Below are positions 1 to 10,614 of a stretch of DNA of 64,000 bases, piece after piece (the stretch's first letter is position 1; each line of letters starts with the position of its first letter). The position numbers were made by a program, and so were the translations under genes. The DNA is from Gammaproteobacteria bacterium (GTDB taxonomy: Bacteria > Pseudomonadota > Gammaproteobacteria > Steroidobacterales > Foliamicaceae), in contig VXSK01000002.1 in the NCBI GenBank assembly GCA_009838035.1, forward strand, positions 415,994 to 479,993, read 5' to 3'. The notes under the pieces were generated by a model. It was not told the origin of the DNA. It saw only the letters and a list, made by a program, of their open reading frames with translations, and made no database searches.

Positions 1-1
1 C

Positions 2-1957
2 GAAGGCGGCGTCCGCATCGAGGCGCTGCAGGACGTCTCGCTGCAGATCGACGCGGGCGAGTTCGTATGCATCACCGGTCCGTCGGGAGCCGGCAAGTCA
101 ACCTTGATGCACCTTCTGGGGTGTCTGGATCGGCCTACCAGCGGGTCGTACCGGCTGGCTGGACGTGAAATCGGGAATCTGGGGCACGACGGGAGAGCCT
201 GGCTGCGCCGGCGAATGTTCGGGTTCGTATTTCAGGGCTACAACCTGATCGAATCCGGAAGTGCGTTGGAGAACGTAGAGCTTCCCGGCATGTATGGGGG
301 ACTGCCCCGGAAGGCGCGAGGCGAAAGAGCCGGGGGGTTACTCGCCAGGCTCGGCCTTGCCGACCGCGCTGCCCAATCGCCCGCGGAATTCTCCGGCGGC
401 GAGCAGCAGCGCGTGGCAATCGCCCGCGCGCTGATGAACGGCGGCCGAATCATTCTGGCGGACGAGCCGACAGGAGCGCTTGACAAACCGACCGGCGAAG
501 AAGTCCTGCGCACGTTGGAGAACCTTGCTGAGAACGGTCATACGGTCGTGATCGTTTCGCACAACCCGGATATTGCCGCGCGTGCCGACAGACGCATCGA
601 GTTGCGGGACGGACGCCTTGTTCACGACTCCGGCGCCGCGAAGGTGAGCGCGCGCAGTCCAGGCGATGGATTAGCGGCCGCGGAAACCTCAAAGCGAACG
701 ATTTCGCAAATCCGGGAAATGGCTGCGGAGGGATGGAAAACTCTTCGTGCCAGCGTGGTTCGGGGGGCGCGGCTCCGAACCGCGATGTCCCTGTTCGGTA
801 TTTTGCTGGCGGTGTGGTTGGGGGCCATGACGCTTGGCGTATCGGAGGGAGTCTTCCGGGAATATGTCGTACGCGTGAGTTCAATGGGGCTCGACATGAT
901 CTGGGTTCTTCCAGAATTTAATGCAAGACCCAGACAAACCAAGAATTTTGAAGGACTTACGGAGGCTGACGTGCAAGCCATCAAGGAGCAGATTCCGAAC
1001 ATTCGTGCCGTATCACCGCAGTCGTTTGAAGTTGGCAAGATCGTTCGCCGCGGAGAGATGAGCGAAAAGCTGAATGTTTCGGGGTATGTGGACCTGGGTA
1101 AGAAAGAAGGCCGCGGACCCAGCGAGGATCGCATCGATCTGGGCGATTTCGTTACCACGGAGGACGACGAGAACGTGGCGCTGGTGGCGGTTCTGGGCTC
1201 GGTAGCCCGCGAAAGGCTGTTCCTGCCAGACGAGGATCCCATCGGCAAGGAGATTCTTATTGAGAACGTCCCGTTTCGGGTCAAGGGCGTGCTGAAACGT
1301 AACACCGGCTTGCACCAGGAAACACTGTCTGGCGAAACAGCGACGTACGAAGACTTTGCGAACAGTGGCATCAATGTGCCTTACAAGACTGCAATTACAT
1401 TCCTGTTTGAATCGGACAAGCCACGCTACATATTCGTGTATATGCAGGATCCCGATCAGGTTTTCGAGACTGCCGGCGCCATACGGGATCTTGGCATTCG
1501 TCGCCATGGCGAGGATGCCTTCGCGGTGCGCTTTGTTGCCGATGACATTGCGGCCGCCAAGCGGGCACGCGCACAGTTCCGGATTTTTCTCGGGGCAATT
1601 GCCGTCGCTCCACTGCTGGCAGGAGTCATCAGCGTGATGTTCATCATGTTGCTGGCCGTGCGCAGGCGCAGGCGTGAGATCGGAATCCGCATGGCCATAG
1701 GCGCGCGCCGTCGGGACATTTTGCGGCAATTCCTGAGCGAAGGCATGGTCCTTACCGTAGCCGGCGGTTTGCTGGGCGTTGTTGCGGCGCTGGCGACCAT
1801 CCCGCTCGCGCGGGTCGTCGACCTGCCCCTGATCCTGTCGCCCTGGTTTTTCGTCATTCCGTTTGCCGGCTCGCTGCTGGCCGGGCTGGTTTTGGGGACA
1901 ATTCCGGCGCGGCGGGCGGCCAGGCTCGATCCGGTAGAGGCCCTGGCGTCCGACTGA
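2..1957 (+). CDS. MacB-type fused ABC ATPase / FtsX-like permease, paralogue 1 (5' end cut by window edge)
   Basis: The frame is open from base 2 (EGGVRIEALQDVSLQIDAGEFVCITGPSGAGKSTL), so Walker A lies upstream of the listed Met at 104. Signature [15 protein letters not shown], Walker [13 protein letters not shown] and H-loop VSHN are present. These are followed by a TM helix, a large periplasmic domain and a C-terminal FtsX-type 3-TM bundle (RRRREIGIRMAIGARRRDI). Confidence 0.9.
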   Translation, partial: EGGVRIEALQDVSLQIDAGEFVCITGPSGAGKSTLMHLLGCLDRPTSGSYRLAGREIGNLGHDGRAWLRRRMFGFVFQGYNLIESGSALENVELPGMYGGLPRKARGERAGGLLARLGLADRAAQSPAEFSGGEQQRVAIARALMNGGRIILADEPTGALDKPTGEEVLRTLENLAENGHTVVIVSHNPDIAARADRRIELRDGRLVHDSGAAKVSARSPGDGLAAAETSKRTISQIREMAAEGWKTLRASVVRGARLRTAMSLFGILLAVWLGAMTLGVSEGVFREYVVRVSSMGLDMIWVLPEFNARPRQTKNFEGLTEADVQAIKEQIPNIRAVSPQSFEVGKIVRRGEMSEKLNVSGYVDLGKKEGRGPSEDRIDLGDFVTTEDDENVALVAVLGSVARERLFLPDEDPIGKEILIENVPFRVKGVLKRNTGLHQETLSGETATYEDFANSGINVPYKTAITFLFESDKPRYIFVYMQDPDQVFETAGAIRDLGIRRHGEDAFAVRFVADDIAAAKRARAQFRIFLGAIAVAPLLAGVISVMFIMLLAVRRRRREIGIRMAIGARRRDILRQFLSEGMVLTVAGGLLGVVAALATIPLARVVDLPLILSPWFFVIPFAGSLLAGLVLGTIPARRAARLDPVEALASD

Positions 1958-1992
1958 CGAGCGGCGCAGAGATTGGTGATTCCGATGGGTCG

Positions 1993-4044
1993 ATGGCCAT
2001 GCCGTTAATCGAACTGAGCAGCGTAAGCCGGTCCTTCGAAGGGGAAGGCGGCGCCCGTGTCGACGCGTTGCATGAGATTTCGCTGCAGATCAATGCAGGC
2101 GAATTCATCTGCATCACCGGGCCTTCGGGTTCGGGCAAGACCACGCTGTTGAACGTCCTGGGATGCCTCGACAGCCCCACGAGCGGCTCGTATCGCTTCG
2201 CGGGCCGCGAGGTGGGCGCGCTGGGGCCGGATGCACTCGCCTGGATTCGGCGCGAGGCCTTCGGCTTCGTTTTCCAGTCCTACAATCTCCTGGAGGGGTC
2301 CAGCGCCATCGAAAACGTCGCGCTGCCGGGGGTGTATGCGGGGACGCCGCGCCGTGCGCTCCGGGAGCGTGCGGCGGACCTGCTGGCCGGGGCCGGGCTT
2401 GCGGATCGCGCCCTGCATGCGCCGTCCGAGCTGTCGGGCGGCGAGCAGCAGCGCGTGGCGATCGCCCGCGCATTGATGAACGGCGGCCGCGTGATCCTGG
2501 CCGACGAGCCTACCGGCGCTCTGGATCAGGCGAACAGCAAGCGCACTATTGACGAGTTGGAGACGCTCGCGCGCCGCGGCCACACCGTGGTCATTGCTTC
2601 GCACAGCAGGGAAATAGCCGAACTTGCGGACCGCGGGATCGAGTTGCGGGACGGCCGCGTCGTCAATGACTCGGGGCGGGCCGCAGCGCCCGCGCAACGA
2701 AGCGGCGAATCGGAGGATTCCCGAACTTTCCTGCCAACCCGCGAGCGATCGGCGGGTGGACCAGGCGGCGGCAAGCTGATACACGCACTCGCCGATGCGT
2801 TTGGCATGCTGCGAGCCGACTTCCTTCGGCGGAAACGGCTGCAGGCGTCAATGAGCCTTACCGGTGTGGCCGTTGCTGTGTGGTGGCTGCTCACTCTGAG
2901 CTCGGTCATTGACGGCGTCACGCAGGAGGGAATGCGGATGATCGGCACGCAGGACGCCGACAAGATGACGCTCATGGGTCACGACCTGATCGACGGCCCG
3001 CCGCCGCTTCGCCTGACGCTGAACGACGCAAAGACAATCGAGGAGAGCATCGCAAACGTACGTCTCGCGATTCCCTTGATAGCCCAGCCGGGCGCTGTTA
3101 TACGGAACGGCTCGTTCAGCATGCAGGCTACTGTTGCCTCATATAGGCCGCCCGGCGGGGAATATGAAGGCGCCGCCGCCGCTCTTGAAGTCACCCAGGG
3201 CAGCCCGATTACCGAAATGGATAATGAGCGGTCGGAATCGGTGGCCCTGATCGGGCCAGGTGTCCGCAGGCAACTGTTCCCCGCCGAGCAAGACCCGATT
3301 GGCAGGCATGTGACGATCAATGGACTCCCCTTCCGCGTCGAGGGCGTGGCGAGGCCCCAGGGGCTGAGCGTCATTTCGTCGTCTGATGACCCTGAAGTCC
3401 TGGAAAGTTTGCGCGCGTTTTATGAGGATTTCGTCGATGTGCCTGTGCAGACTGCCATAAATCACTTTTTGGAAGGCGACCGCATCAGGATTGTTGAATT
3501 CTGGGTGGACGATCCGGGGATTATTGACGAGACCGCGCAAGCCATTGGCGACCTGCTGATCCGCCGCCACGGTCAGGTCGCATTCCTGCTGGAATACAGC
3601 GCCAAGCAACTGGATGAAATGACGAGGGCGAATCGTCTGATCATGGCATTTGGTTATTCCATCGGCGGGATCGCTCTGCTGGGCAGCGGGCTGGGAGTGA
3701 TGTCCGTGATGCTGATGTCGGTGAGCGGGCGCCGGCGCGAGATCGGCTTGCGCATGGCGGTAGGCGCTCGCCGGTCGGATATCCGCAGGCAGTTCCTGCT
3801 GGAGTCCGCCGCCGTAGTGGCCACCGGGGGACTGCTGGGACTCGCGGCCTCCTGGGCTTGCCTTGCCGCGCTGGCCTGGCTGGGCCCCGCCGAATTCAGC
3901 CAACTGAGCCTGTCCGCAATGCTGGCCGGCTGGCCGGCGCTTGCGGTGCTGGTTGCGGTGGTGGGCTCGGGGCTGCTGTTCGGAGTGCTGCCGGCCCGAC
4001 GCGCCGCCGCCACCGCGCCTGCCGAGGCTCTGGCAGCGGACTGA
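1993..4044 (+). CDS. MacB-type fused ABC ATPase / FtsX-like permease, paralogue 2
   Basis: 683-aa ORF. Walker [11 protein letters not shown], signature [15 protein letters not shown], Walker [13 protein letters not shown] and H-loop ASHS are present. The C-terminal FtsX-type permease carries [19 protein letters not shown]. It starts 35 nt after paralogue 1. Confidence 0.9.
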   Translation: MAMPLIELSSVSRSFEGEGGARVDALHEISLQINAGEFICITGPSGSGKTTLLNVLGCLDSPTSGSYRFAGREVGALGPDALAWIRREAFGFVFQSYNLLEGSSAIENVALPGVYAGTPRRALRERAADLLAGAGLADRALHAPSELSGGEQQRVAIARALMNGGRVILADEPTGALDQANSKRTIDELETLARRGHTVVIASHSREIAELADRGIELRDGRVVNDSGRAAAPAQRSGESEDSRTFLPTRERSAGGPGGGKLIHALADAFGMLRADFLRRKRLQASMSLTGVAVAVWWLLTLSSVIDGVTQEGMRMIGTQDADKMTLMGHDLIDGPPPLRLTLNDAKTIEESIANVRLAIPLIAQPGAVIRNGSFSMQATVASYRPPGGEYEGAAAALEVTQGSPITEMDNERSESVALIGPGVRRQLFPAEQDPIGRHVTINGLPFRVEGVARPQGLSVISSSDDPEVLESLRAFYEDFVDVPVQTAINHFLEGDRIRIVEFWVDDPGIIDETAQAIGDLLIRRHGQVAFLLEYSAKQLDEMTRANRLIMAFGYSIGGIALLGSGLGVMSVMLMSVSGRRREIGLRMAVGARRSDIRRQFLLESAAVVATGGLLGLAASWACLAALAWLGPAEFSQLSLSAMLAGWPALAVLVAVVGSGLLFGVLPARRAAATAPAEALAAD

Positions 4045-4117
4045 CGATTGCATCTTCGAATTCAGCCTGGCTCGTGCTGTACCGGGCCGAGCCGGTAGTT
4101 TGATAGACTGCGACGCC

Positions 4118-5308
4118 GTGAGTTTCGATGACGAACTGGACCGCGCGCTCAAGGAGAGTGAGTCCGTACGCGCCTGGTGGAAACGCCCGTGGCTGTGGAT
4201 CGGCGTCGCGATCCTGCTGATTGGCGGCGGGCACCTGCTTTTTTCCGACGGAGAAAACGGTTCGTCTTCGGCCGCGGATGGTGCGCCCGTCACCACGACC
4301 GTGGGATTCCGCAGCATCGCGGACGTGGTGGCGGCTTCCGGGCGCCTACGCCCTATCCAGGTCGTGGAAGTGGGCGCGCAGGTATCGGGGCAACTCAAGA
4401 AACTGCATGTGCGGGCGGGCGACACCGTATCGCAGGGCGATGTCGTCGCCGAGATTGATGCCACGATCCAGATGAATGTCGTTACGGCACAGCGTGCCGC
4501 ACTCGAGGCTCTGGAGGCGCGCCTGCCTTCCACCAACTCCTTCATCGAACTGGCCGAAGCTGGGCTGGCGCGACAGGAGCGGCTGATGGAGGCGCAAGCG
4601 ACAAACCAGGTCGCCCTGGATGAGGCGCGAAATTCCCTGATCTCCGCGCGTTCCGGCCTGATTCAACTGGAGTCACAAATCGAATCGCAGAAGGCCGTCG
4701 TCGCCAGCGAAGAGGCGAAACTGAACTACAGCACGATCTACGCGCCGGTTTCGGGGGTGGTGGTTGCGGTGGATATCACGGAAGGACAGACGCTGAACGC
4801 GGCACAGACGACCCCGGTCCTGCTTCAGATCGCCGATCTGTCCAGAATGACGGTCGAGGCGCAGGTCGCGGAGGCCAACGTCGGCAAGCTCTCGGTGGGC
4901 TCCGGCGTTTCGTTCAATACGCTGGGCGGCGGTGCCAGGAGCTGGCGCGGCGTGCTGCAGCGCATCGTTCCCAGGGCCTCGGAGAATTCCAGCGTGGTGA
5001 GCTACACCGCGGTGTTCGAGGTGGACAACGCCGATGGCGCCCTGCTGCCCGGCATGACGGCGCAGGTGTTCTTCGAACTGTCCGAACCGCGCGAGGTGCT
5101 GGCCGTGCCGGTGAGCCTGCTGCGCGAGTTTGGGGACTCGCTGCCCGGCGGCGCCCGGACGGCGCGCGTCCGGTTGCTGTCGGACGGGGGCGGCATTGAG
5201 GTTCGAGAAATCACGGTGGGCGAGATCGGCAGCACGCATGCGGAGGTACTGGAGGGTCTCAAGGAAGGCGATCGAGTCGTCTCGCCGGGTTCGCAGCAGA
5301 GCGAATGA
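4118..5308 (+). CDS. MacA/HlyD-family periplasmic adaptor (membrane fusion protein)
   Basis: N-terminal anchor WLWIGVAILLIGGGHLLF. Lipoyl-like half-motifs VSGQLKKLHVRAGDTVSQGDVVAEID and YSTIYAPVSGVVVAVDITEGQTL flank a helical hairpin. The stop overlaps the next macB-like start (ATGA at 5305). The listed start 3941 overlaps the previous gene; GTG 4118 is the first plausible in-frame start after its stop, so the start is uncertain. Confidence 0.85.
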   Translation: MSFDDELDRALKESESVRAWWKRPWLWIGVAILLIGGGHLLFSDGENGSSSAADGAPVTTTVGFRSIADVVAASGRLRPIQVVEVGAQVSGQLKKLHVRAGDTVSQGDVVAEIDATIQMNVVTAQRAALEALEARLPSTNSFIELAEAGLARQERLMEAQATNQVALDEARNSLISARSGLIQLESQIESQKAVVASEEAKLNYSTIYAPVSGVVVAVDITEGQTLNAAQTTPVLLQIADLSRMTVEAQVAEANVGKLSVGSGVSFNTLGGGARSWRGVLQRIVPRASENSSVVSYTAVFEVDNADGALLPGMTAQVFFELSEPREVLAVPVSLLREFGDSLPGGARTARVRLLSDGGGIEVREITVGEIGSTHAEVLEGLKEGDRVVSPGSQQSE

Positions 5309-7296
5309 ACGCCGAACCGCCGCTGATCGAGCTTGCGGGCATCGGACGGCGTTACAAGGGGAAACGCGGCGCGCCGGTAATTGCGCTGCGGGACGTGTCG
5401 CTCCGGCTGCATGCCGGGGAATTCGTCTGCATCACGGGCCCCTCGGGTTCGGGCAAGACGACCCTGATGAATATCCTGGGCTGCCTGGATCAGCCCAACG
5501 CCGGGATCTATCGATTTCTCGGGCGTGAAGTTCAGCAACTGAGTCCGGACGGCCTGGCGTGGCTGCGCCGCAAGGCGTTCGGGTTCGTATTTCAGAACTA
5601 TAACCTCCTGGGTTCCGCCACGGCCCGCGAGAACGTGGAGATGCCGGGAACTTACGCGGGGCTCGCGCTGGCTCCGCGTCGCAATCGCGCCCTCAAGCTG
5701 TTGTCCGGCCTGGGGTTGGCCAAACGCACCGGACACCGTCCTGCGGCTCTGTCCGGCGGCGAGCAGCAGCGCGTTTCGATCGCGCGCGCGCTGATGAACG
5801 GCGGTCGCGTAATCCTCGCCGACGAGCCCACGGGCGCGCTGGACAGCGTGAACGGCGAGCAGGTGCTGGGCCTGCTGGAGGAACTCGCAACCCGGGGACA
5901 CACCATCGTCCTGGTGACGCACAACCCGGAGATTGCCGCCCGGGCCGGCCGCCGGATTGAATTGCGCGACGGGCAAGTGATAGTGGACACGGGACCGTCA
6001 ATCAATCAGCGGAGCATTCCCCTGGCCGATGAAACACCCGGCGAGCGTCAGCCCGTAATGGGGGTCGCGACCCGACTGCTCCAGGCGCTTCGCTCGGGCT
6101 TGACTTCGCTGCGGGCCAACCTGCTGGGAACCCGAAAAATGCGCGCGATGCTGAGCGTTTTCAGCATTCTCCTTGGCGTGTGGGCCGTGGTGACCATGCT
6201 GAGCATCGCCGAAGGCGTGTTTCGCGATACGCTGGAACAGGTCGGCCGCCTGGGTGCGGACCGTATCGAGGTTTCTCCCGATTGGAGCGAAGGCGAGCCC
6301 TCTGTCGCGCTGACGATAGAGGACGCCCAAGCCATCGCGCAGAGTATCGGCAACGTAAGGCGGGTGGTGCCGTCCCTGACGCAACGGCTCACGATTCGCT
6401 ATGGATCCGAATACCTTGATTCCAACGTGGAGAGTTACGCGGCATTCGTCCCCGGGTCCGGGATTGACGGCGATGCGCCGGCGGTAGAGCGCGGTCTGTT
6501 TCTGTCCCCACGCAACAACGAAAACCGCGACCAGGTTGCGGTCATCGGATGGGGCGTCGCCGACAATCTCTTTGCAGCCGGCGAGGACCCGCTCGGCACG
6601 CACGTAATGATCGGCGACTGGCCGTTCCGGGTCGTCGGCGTACTGGCCGGACGGGAAGCATTCGCCGACGCGCCGGATTGGTTGACTGACCACGAAGGCC
6701 GGCGCACCATCATTCCTTTCGATACCGGCGCCGCACTGCTGCACGGTAACCGCAATCCCAGTTCCCTGAACGTGTTCATGCAGGACCCCCTGCAAGTCAA
6801 CGCAACCGATCGGGCCATACGCGAACTCCTGATCGGACGGCATGGCAATGAAGGATTCCGCATCGCCTTCATGGGTGCCCGGATCGAGCAGGTCGGCGAA
6901 ATGAGAACGATGCTCTGGCTGGGCCTGGGGTCCATTGGCGGCATTGCGCTGCTGGCCGGGGGCATGGGCGTGATGGCCATCATGCTCATGGCGGTCACCG
7001 AACGCACCCGCGAAATCGGCATCCGCATGGCCGTGGGCGCGCGCCGCAGGGACATTACGCAACAATTCGTGATCGAGGCCATCGCATTGGCCTCGTTGGG
7101 CGGCTTGCTGGGGCTCTGCGCGAGCATGGCGACCAGCCCGCTGGTGCAGTCGTTCGAGCTTCCGGTCGCGTTCTCGCCGTGGATCGTGATCGCCGCGTTG
7201 GTCTGCGCTGTCGGAACCGGACTCGTGTTCGGTATCGTGCCGGCCCGCCGCGCCGCCCGCCTCGACCCGGTAACGGCGTTAGCTACGCGAGGGTAA
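5305..7296 (+). CDS. MacB-type fused ABC ATPase / FtsX-like permease, paralogue 3
   Basis: 663-aa ORF translationally coupled to the adaptor. Walker [11 protein letters not shown], signature [15 protein letters not shown], Walker [13 protein letters not shown] and H-loop VTHN are present. The FtsX-type C-terminus carries [19 protein letters not shown]. Confidence 0.9.
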   Translation: MNAEPPLIELAGIGRRYKGKRGAPVIALRDVSLRLHAGEFVCITGPSGSGKTTLMNILGCLDQPNAGIYRFLGREVQQLSPDGLAWLRRKAFGFVFQNYNLLGSATARENVEMPGTYAGLALAPRRNRALKLLSGLGLAKRTGHRPAALSGGEQQRVSIARALMNGGRVILADEPTGALDSVNGEQVLGLLEELATRGHTIVLVTHNPEIAARAGRRIELRDGQVIVDTGPSINQRSIPLADETPGERQPVMGVATRLLQALRSGLTSLRANLLGTRKMRAMLSVFSILLGVWAVVTMLSIAEGVFRDTLEQVGRLGADRIEVSPDWSEGEPSVALTIEDAQAIAQSIGNVRRVVPSLTQRLTIRYGSEYLDSNVESYAAFVPGSGIDGDAPAVERGLFLSPRNNENRDQVAVIGWGVADNLFAAGEDPLGTHVMIGDWPFRVVGVLAGREAFADAPDWLTDHEGRRTIIPFDTGAALLHGNRNPSSLNVFMQDPLQVNATDRAIRELLIGRHGNEGFRIAFMGARIEQVGEMRTMLWLGLGSIGGIALLAGGMGVMAIMLMAVTERTREIGIRMAVGARRRDITQQFVIEAIALASLGGLLGLCASMATSPLVQSFELPVAFSPWIVIAALVCAVGTGLVFGIVPARRAARLDPVTALATRG

Positions 7297-7325
7297 GCCG
7301 TTCAAGGCACTCGAAAGCACTACCG

Positions 7326-9314
7326 CTAATCGGATGCCAGGGCGGCGACAGGGTGCAGTTTCGCTGCGCGGCGTGCCGGTACGATGCCGAACAGTGCGCC
7401 TGCGACCAACGCGCAGACGGTCGGAAGAACGAAGAACGCCAGCGAAGCCTCTATAACCACATCAAGGCGCTCAAGGATCGAAACGCCCGCCAGGGCAAAG
7501 AGCGCGCCGATCACCGCGCCAACCGCGCTCATTACGATGGCCTCGCAGAAGAATTGGCGAAGGATATCGGCGCGGCGCGCACCGACGGCCATCCGGATAC
7601 CGATCTCCCGACGGCGGGTGCGTACGGAAAGCAGCATGATATTCATCACGCTGAGACTGCCGGCCAGCAGCATGCACCCGGCAATCGATCCCACAACGAA
7701 CCACAATTGCGCCCGTGCCTTCCTGGCTATCCGGACCTCCCTTCCCACGTGATTCAGGACCAGTGTGTCACCGCCGCGACGACGAATGCCGAGATCCCGA
7801 ATGGCCTCGGCCGTCTCGAAAAGGCGATCGAAATCCTCAAGATAAACAATGATTTCATCAACGTCATCCCTGCTGGTAAGTAAGGCGGAAGCGGTCCGGA
7901 AGGGAACGACGATTCCATAGTCAACAAGGTCCGTATTCGCGAATACGCGCCGCTCGTATGTTCCCTTTACACGAAAGGGTATTCCTTCAATGAGAACCTG
8001 CTGTCCCAGGGGATTCGTCTCCGCCGCAAACATCCGCTCGCGAATTTGCGATTCCAGGACGGCAACGCGCTCCATATTCTCGTCTTCCCGATCGGTGATG
8101 TGCTCACCTGTCTCCAGACGGTACTCCAGAGGTCCTCGGTCGGACCTTTTCCCCCGGTCGACGTAGCCTGTTACCAGGAGCCGCATGGTGATCTCGCCAT
8201 GTCGAGCCGTAACGGGGAACAGGTAAATTGCCGGGGATACCGCCCGAACGTTGGGCACCTCGTCGTGTATCGCGCGCGCGAGTTCCTGGGTAAGAGGCAT
8301 GTAATCCGCAGATACTCCTGACTCGTCACCGCTGCTGCCTGGCAGGGAGCGGGGCGGACGTTTTGCAAAGACACGGATAGTCTCCAGCCCCATCAGCTTG
8401 ACGCTTGCAATGGTTTCTCGATAGGTACCTTCACCAACACTCAAGACCAATGCGCCTGAAGCTACGGCAATCATAATGGCCGCGACCGTCAACGCCGTTC
8501 GCAGTCGCGCTCCGCGTCCGAGAAACCGCCGCAACGCACTTTGACTGTCGTGAATGAATTGAGACGGGCGCGACATCGCGGCCGTTCCCCGCCCTTCGGT
8601 CATGAATTCGTCATTCGCCACGCCAGCCGCCATGCCGGCTGGCCCCGTATCGGCCACGACGTGGCCATCGCGTAACTCGATATGCCGGTCGGCCCGGGCA
8701 GCGACTTCCGGGTTGTGCGTCACGAGGATTACCGTGTGACCCGCCCTGGCCAGCGCCTCCAGCGATTCGAGCACTTGCTCACCGTTTTGCTTGTCCAGCG
8801 CCCCGGTCGGTTCGTCGGCCAGGATCACACGGCCGCCGTTCATCAGTGCGCGCGCGACGGCGACCCGTTGCTGCTCGCCACCCGAGAGTTCGGAAGGCAG
8901 ATGGCTCGAGCGACCCGCCAACCCAAGCTGCACCAGCAACTGCGTCGCCCTGTTTCGCCGTTGTGCTCGAGGCAGGCGCGCATACACGCCGGGCAACTCC
9001 ACATTCTCGGCTGCGTTGGATCCATCGATCAGGTTGTAGCTCTGGAACACAAAGCCGAAAACCCGCCTGCGCAACATGGCCAGACCGTCAGCGTTCAACG
9101 TTGTGACTTCCTTGCCGACAAGCCGGTACGATCCCTTGCCGGGACGATCGAGACAGCCCAGGATGTTAAGTAGAGTTGATTTGCCCGACCCGGAAGGGCC
9201 GGAAATGGCCACGAACTCTCCGGGAGCAATCGTCAGGGAGATTTCTTTCAGCGCCTCTACGGATAGGCCCGCGTCACCCTTGAACGTTCGGCCTATGCCC
9301 TCAAGTGTGATCAT
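7326..9314 (-). CDS. MacB-type fused ABC ATPase / FtsX-like permease, paralogue 4 (convergent with paralogue 3)
   Basis: 662-aa ORF. Walker A GPSGSGKSTL, signature [15 protein letters not shown], Walker [13 protein letters not shown] and H-loop VTHN are present. The FtsX-type C-terminus carries [20 protein letters not shown]. Its periplasmic domain resembles that of paralogue 1 (GYVDRGKRSDRGP / GYVDLGKKEGRGP; IPFRVKG / VPFRVKG). Confidence 0.9.
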   Translation of the reverse strand: MITLEGIGRTFKGDAGLSVEALKEISLTIAPGEFVAISGPSGSGKSTLLNILGCLDRPGKGSYRLVGKEVTTLNADGLAMLRRRVFGFVFQSYNLIDGSNAAENVELPGVYARLPRAQRRNRATQLLVQLGLAGRSSHLPSELSGGEQQRVAVARALMNGGRVILADEPTGALDKQNGEQVLESLEALARAGHTVILVTHNPEVAARADRHIELRDGHVVADTGPAGMAAGVANDEFMTEGRGTAAMSRPSQFIHDSQSALRRFLGRGARLRTALTVAAIMIAVASGALVLSVGEGTYRETIASVKLMGLETIRVFAKRPPRSLPGSSGDESGVSADYMPLTQELARAIHDEVPNVRAVSPAIYLFPVTARHGEITMRLLVTGYVDRGKRSDRGPLEYRLETGEHITDREDENMERVAVLESQIRERMFAAETNPLGQQVLIEGIPFRVKGTYERRVFANTDLVDYGIVVPFRTASALLTSRDDVDEIIVYLEDFDRLFETAEAIRDLGIRRRGGDTLVLNHVGREVRIARKARAQLWFVVGSIAGCMLLAGSLSVMNIMLLSVRTRRREIGIRMAVGARRADILRQFFCEAIVMSAVGAVIGALFALAGVSILERLDVVIEASLAFFVLPTVCALVAGALFGIVPARRAAKLHPVAALASD

Positions 9315-9351
9315 GGAGGCGATTCAATAAAACAAATACGGCGGTTCCAGA

Positions 9352-10614
9352 TTATTGCAGAAGAAACAGCGACAGGCCGGGCCAGAACGAGACCGTGATG
9401 AGCGCCAGCAGCATCAATGCAAGGAACGGCAGCACCGCCCGGCATATCTCGCCGAACGATTCGTTGAACGCGGTCATGGCCACAATGAGGTTCAGGCCCA
9501 TGGGCGGGGTCAGGTAGCCCATCTCCAGGTTCACGACCATCACCACGCCGAAATGCACGGCGTCCATGCCCTGGGCCACGGCGATGGGCTGCAGCAGCGG
9601 CGACAGGATCAGGATGGCCGAGCCGATGTCCATGAAGCACCCCACCAGCAGCAGGAAGGCGTTCATCAGGAGGATGAAACCGGGAAGCGAGTCAATGCGC
9701 GTCGTGAGCCATTCCACGGCCATGTCCGGAACCTGCTCGTAGGTCAGGAAGACGTTCAGCGCCAGCGCCATCATCAGGACCGGAAACAGCGATCCCATCA
9801 GGCGCGTCGTGGTGGTAAAGACCTCGACGACATCCTTGAAACGCATTTCGCGGTGAATCACGATTTCCACGAAAAAGCCGTAAACCACGGCGATGGATGC
9901 GGACTCCGTCGCGGTAAAAATCCCGCTGTAGATGCCGCCCAGAATGATGACGGGCATCAGCAGCGACCAGATCCCCTCCTTGAGCGCAGCCGCGATTTCG
10001 GCAAGGCGCCATCCGCCCAGCCGGAAGCGCCAGTTGCGGACGATCGCGTAGGCGCTCATGCAGCCGGTCAATAGCAGGGCGGGCCCGATGCCGGCAATGA
10101 AAAGCTCGGAAATCGAAGTCTGCGTCATGACGCCATACAGAATGAGCGGAATGCTGGGTGGCACCACGATCCCCAGGGTCGCGGCGGCGCACAGTGCGCC
10201 CAGCGAGAAGCGCTTGCTGTAGCCGGCCTCCAGCAGGGCGGGATACATCACCGCGCCCACCGCCAGCAGGGTCACGGTGCCGGAACCGGTCACCGCCGCG
10301 AACATCGCGCAGGACAGCACCGTCGCGGTAGCAAGCCCGCCGGGGGTTGGCGCGGAAAGCGCGCGCGCCCGGCGGATAAGGCGGGTTGCGATCGCGCCCC
10401 GGGGCCTGACCGCACCCGCCAACAGGTACATCGGGATCGACAGCAGCACGTCGCGATTGAGACCGTCCCAGCCGTCGTTGATGATGTTCTGGATCTGCCC
10501 GTCGCCCCAGAACCAATAGGCCAACCCGCAGGCGACACCCAGCACTACCAGCAGGTTCTGCCGCAGCGCCAGCAGCACGAGCGCCGCGGCAAGAATGCTC
10601 AAAGCGCCGATCAC
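9352..10614 (-). CDS. dctM: TRAP transporter large permease subunit (DctM family)
   Basis: Polytopic membrane protein with DctM-like segments (IVVPPSIPLILYGVMT; NLEMGYLTPPMGLNLIV). The listed ORF runs to 10746. GTG at 10614 overlaps the dctQ stop (GTGA) and gives a typical ~420-aa product. Confidence 0.85.
   Translation of the reverse strand: MIGALSILAAALVLLALRQNLLVVLGVACGLAYWFWGDGQIQNIINDGWDGLNRDVLLSIPMYLLAGAVRPRGAIATRLIRRARALSAPTPGGLATATVLSCAMFAAVTGSGTVTLLAVGAVMYPALLEAGYSKRFSLGALCAAATLGIVVPPSIPLILYGVMTQTSISELFIAGIGPALLLTGCMSAYAIVRNWRFRLGGWRLAEIAAALKEGIWSLLMPVIILGGIYSGIFTATESASIAVVYGFFVEIVIHREMRFKDVVEVFTTTTRLMGSLFPVLMMALALNVFLTYEQVPDMAVEWLTTRIDSLPGFILLMNAFLLLVGCFMDIGSAILILSPLLQPIAVAQGMDAVHFGVVMVVNLEMGYLTPPMGLNLIVAMTAFNESFGEICRAVLPFLALMLLALITVSFWPGLSLFLLQ

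Noticed and set aside
3941-4117. N-terminal extension of the MacA-like ORF that overlaps the end of MacB paralogue 2.
   Set aside because: The extension is Cys/Trp/Arg/Pro-rich and overlaps a well-supported CDS. The adaptor's cytoplasmic tail and TM anchor begin after GTG 4118.
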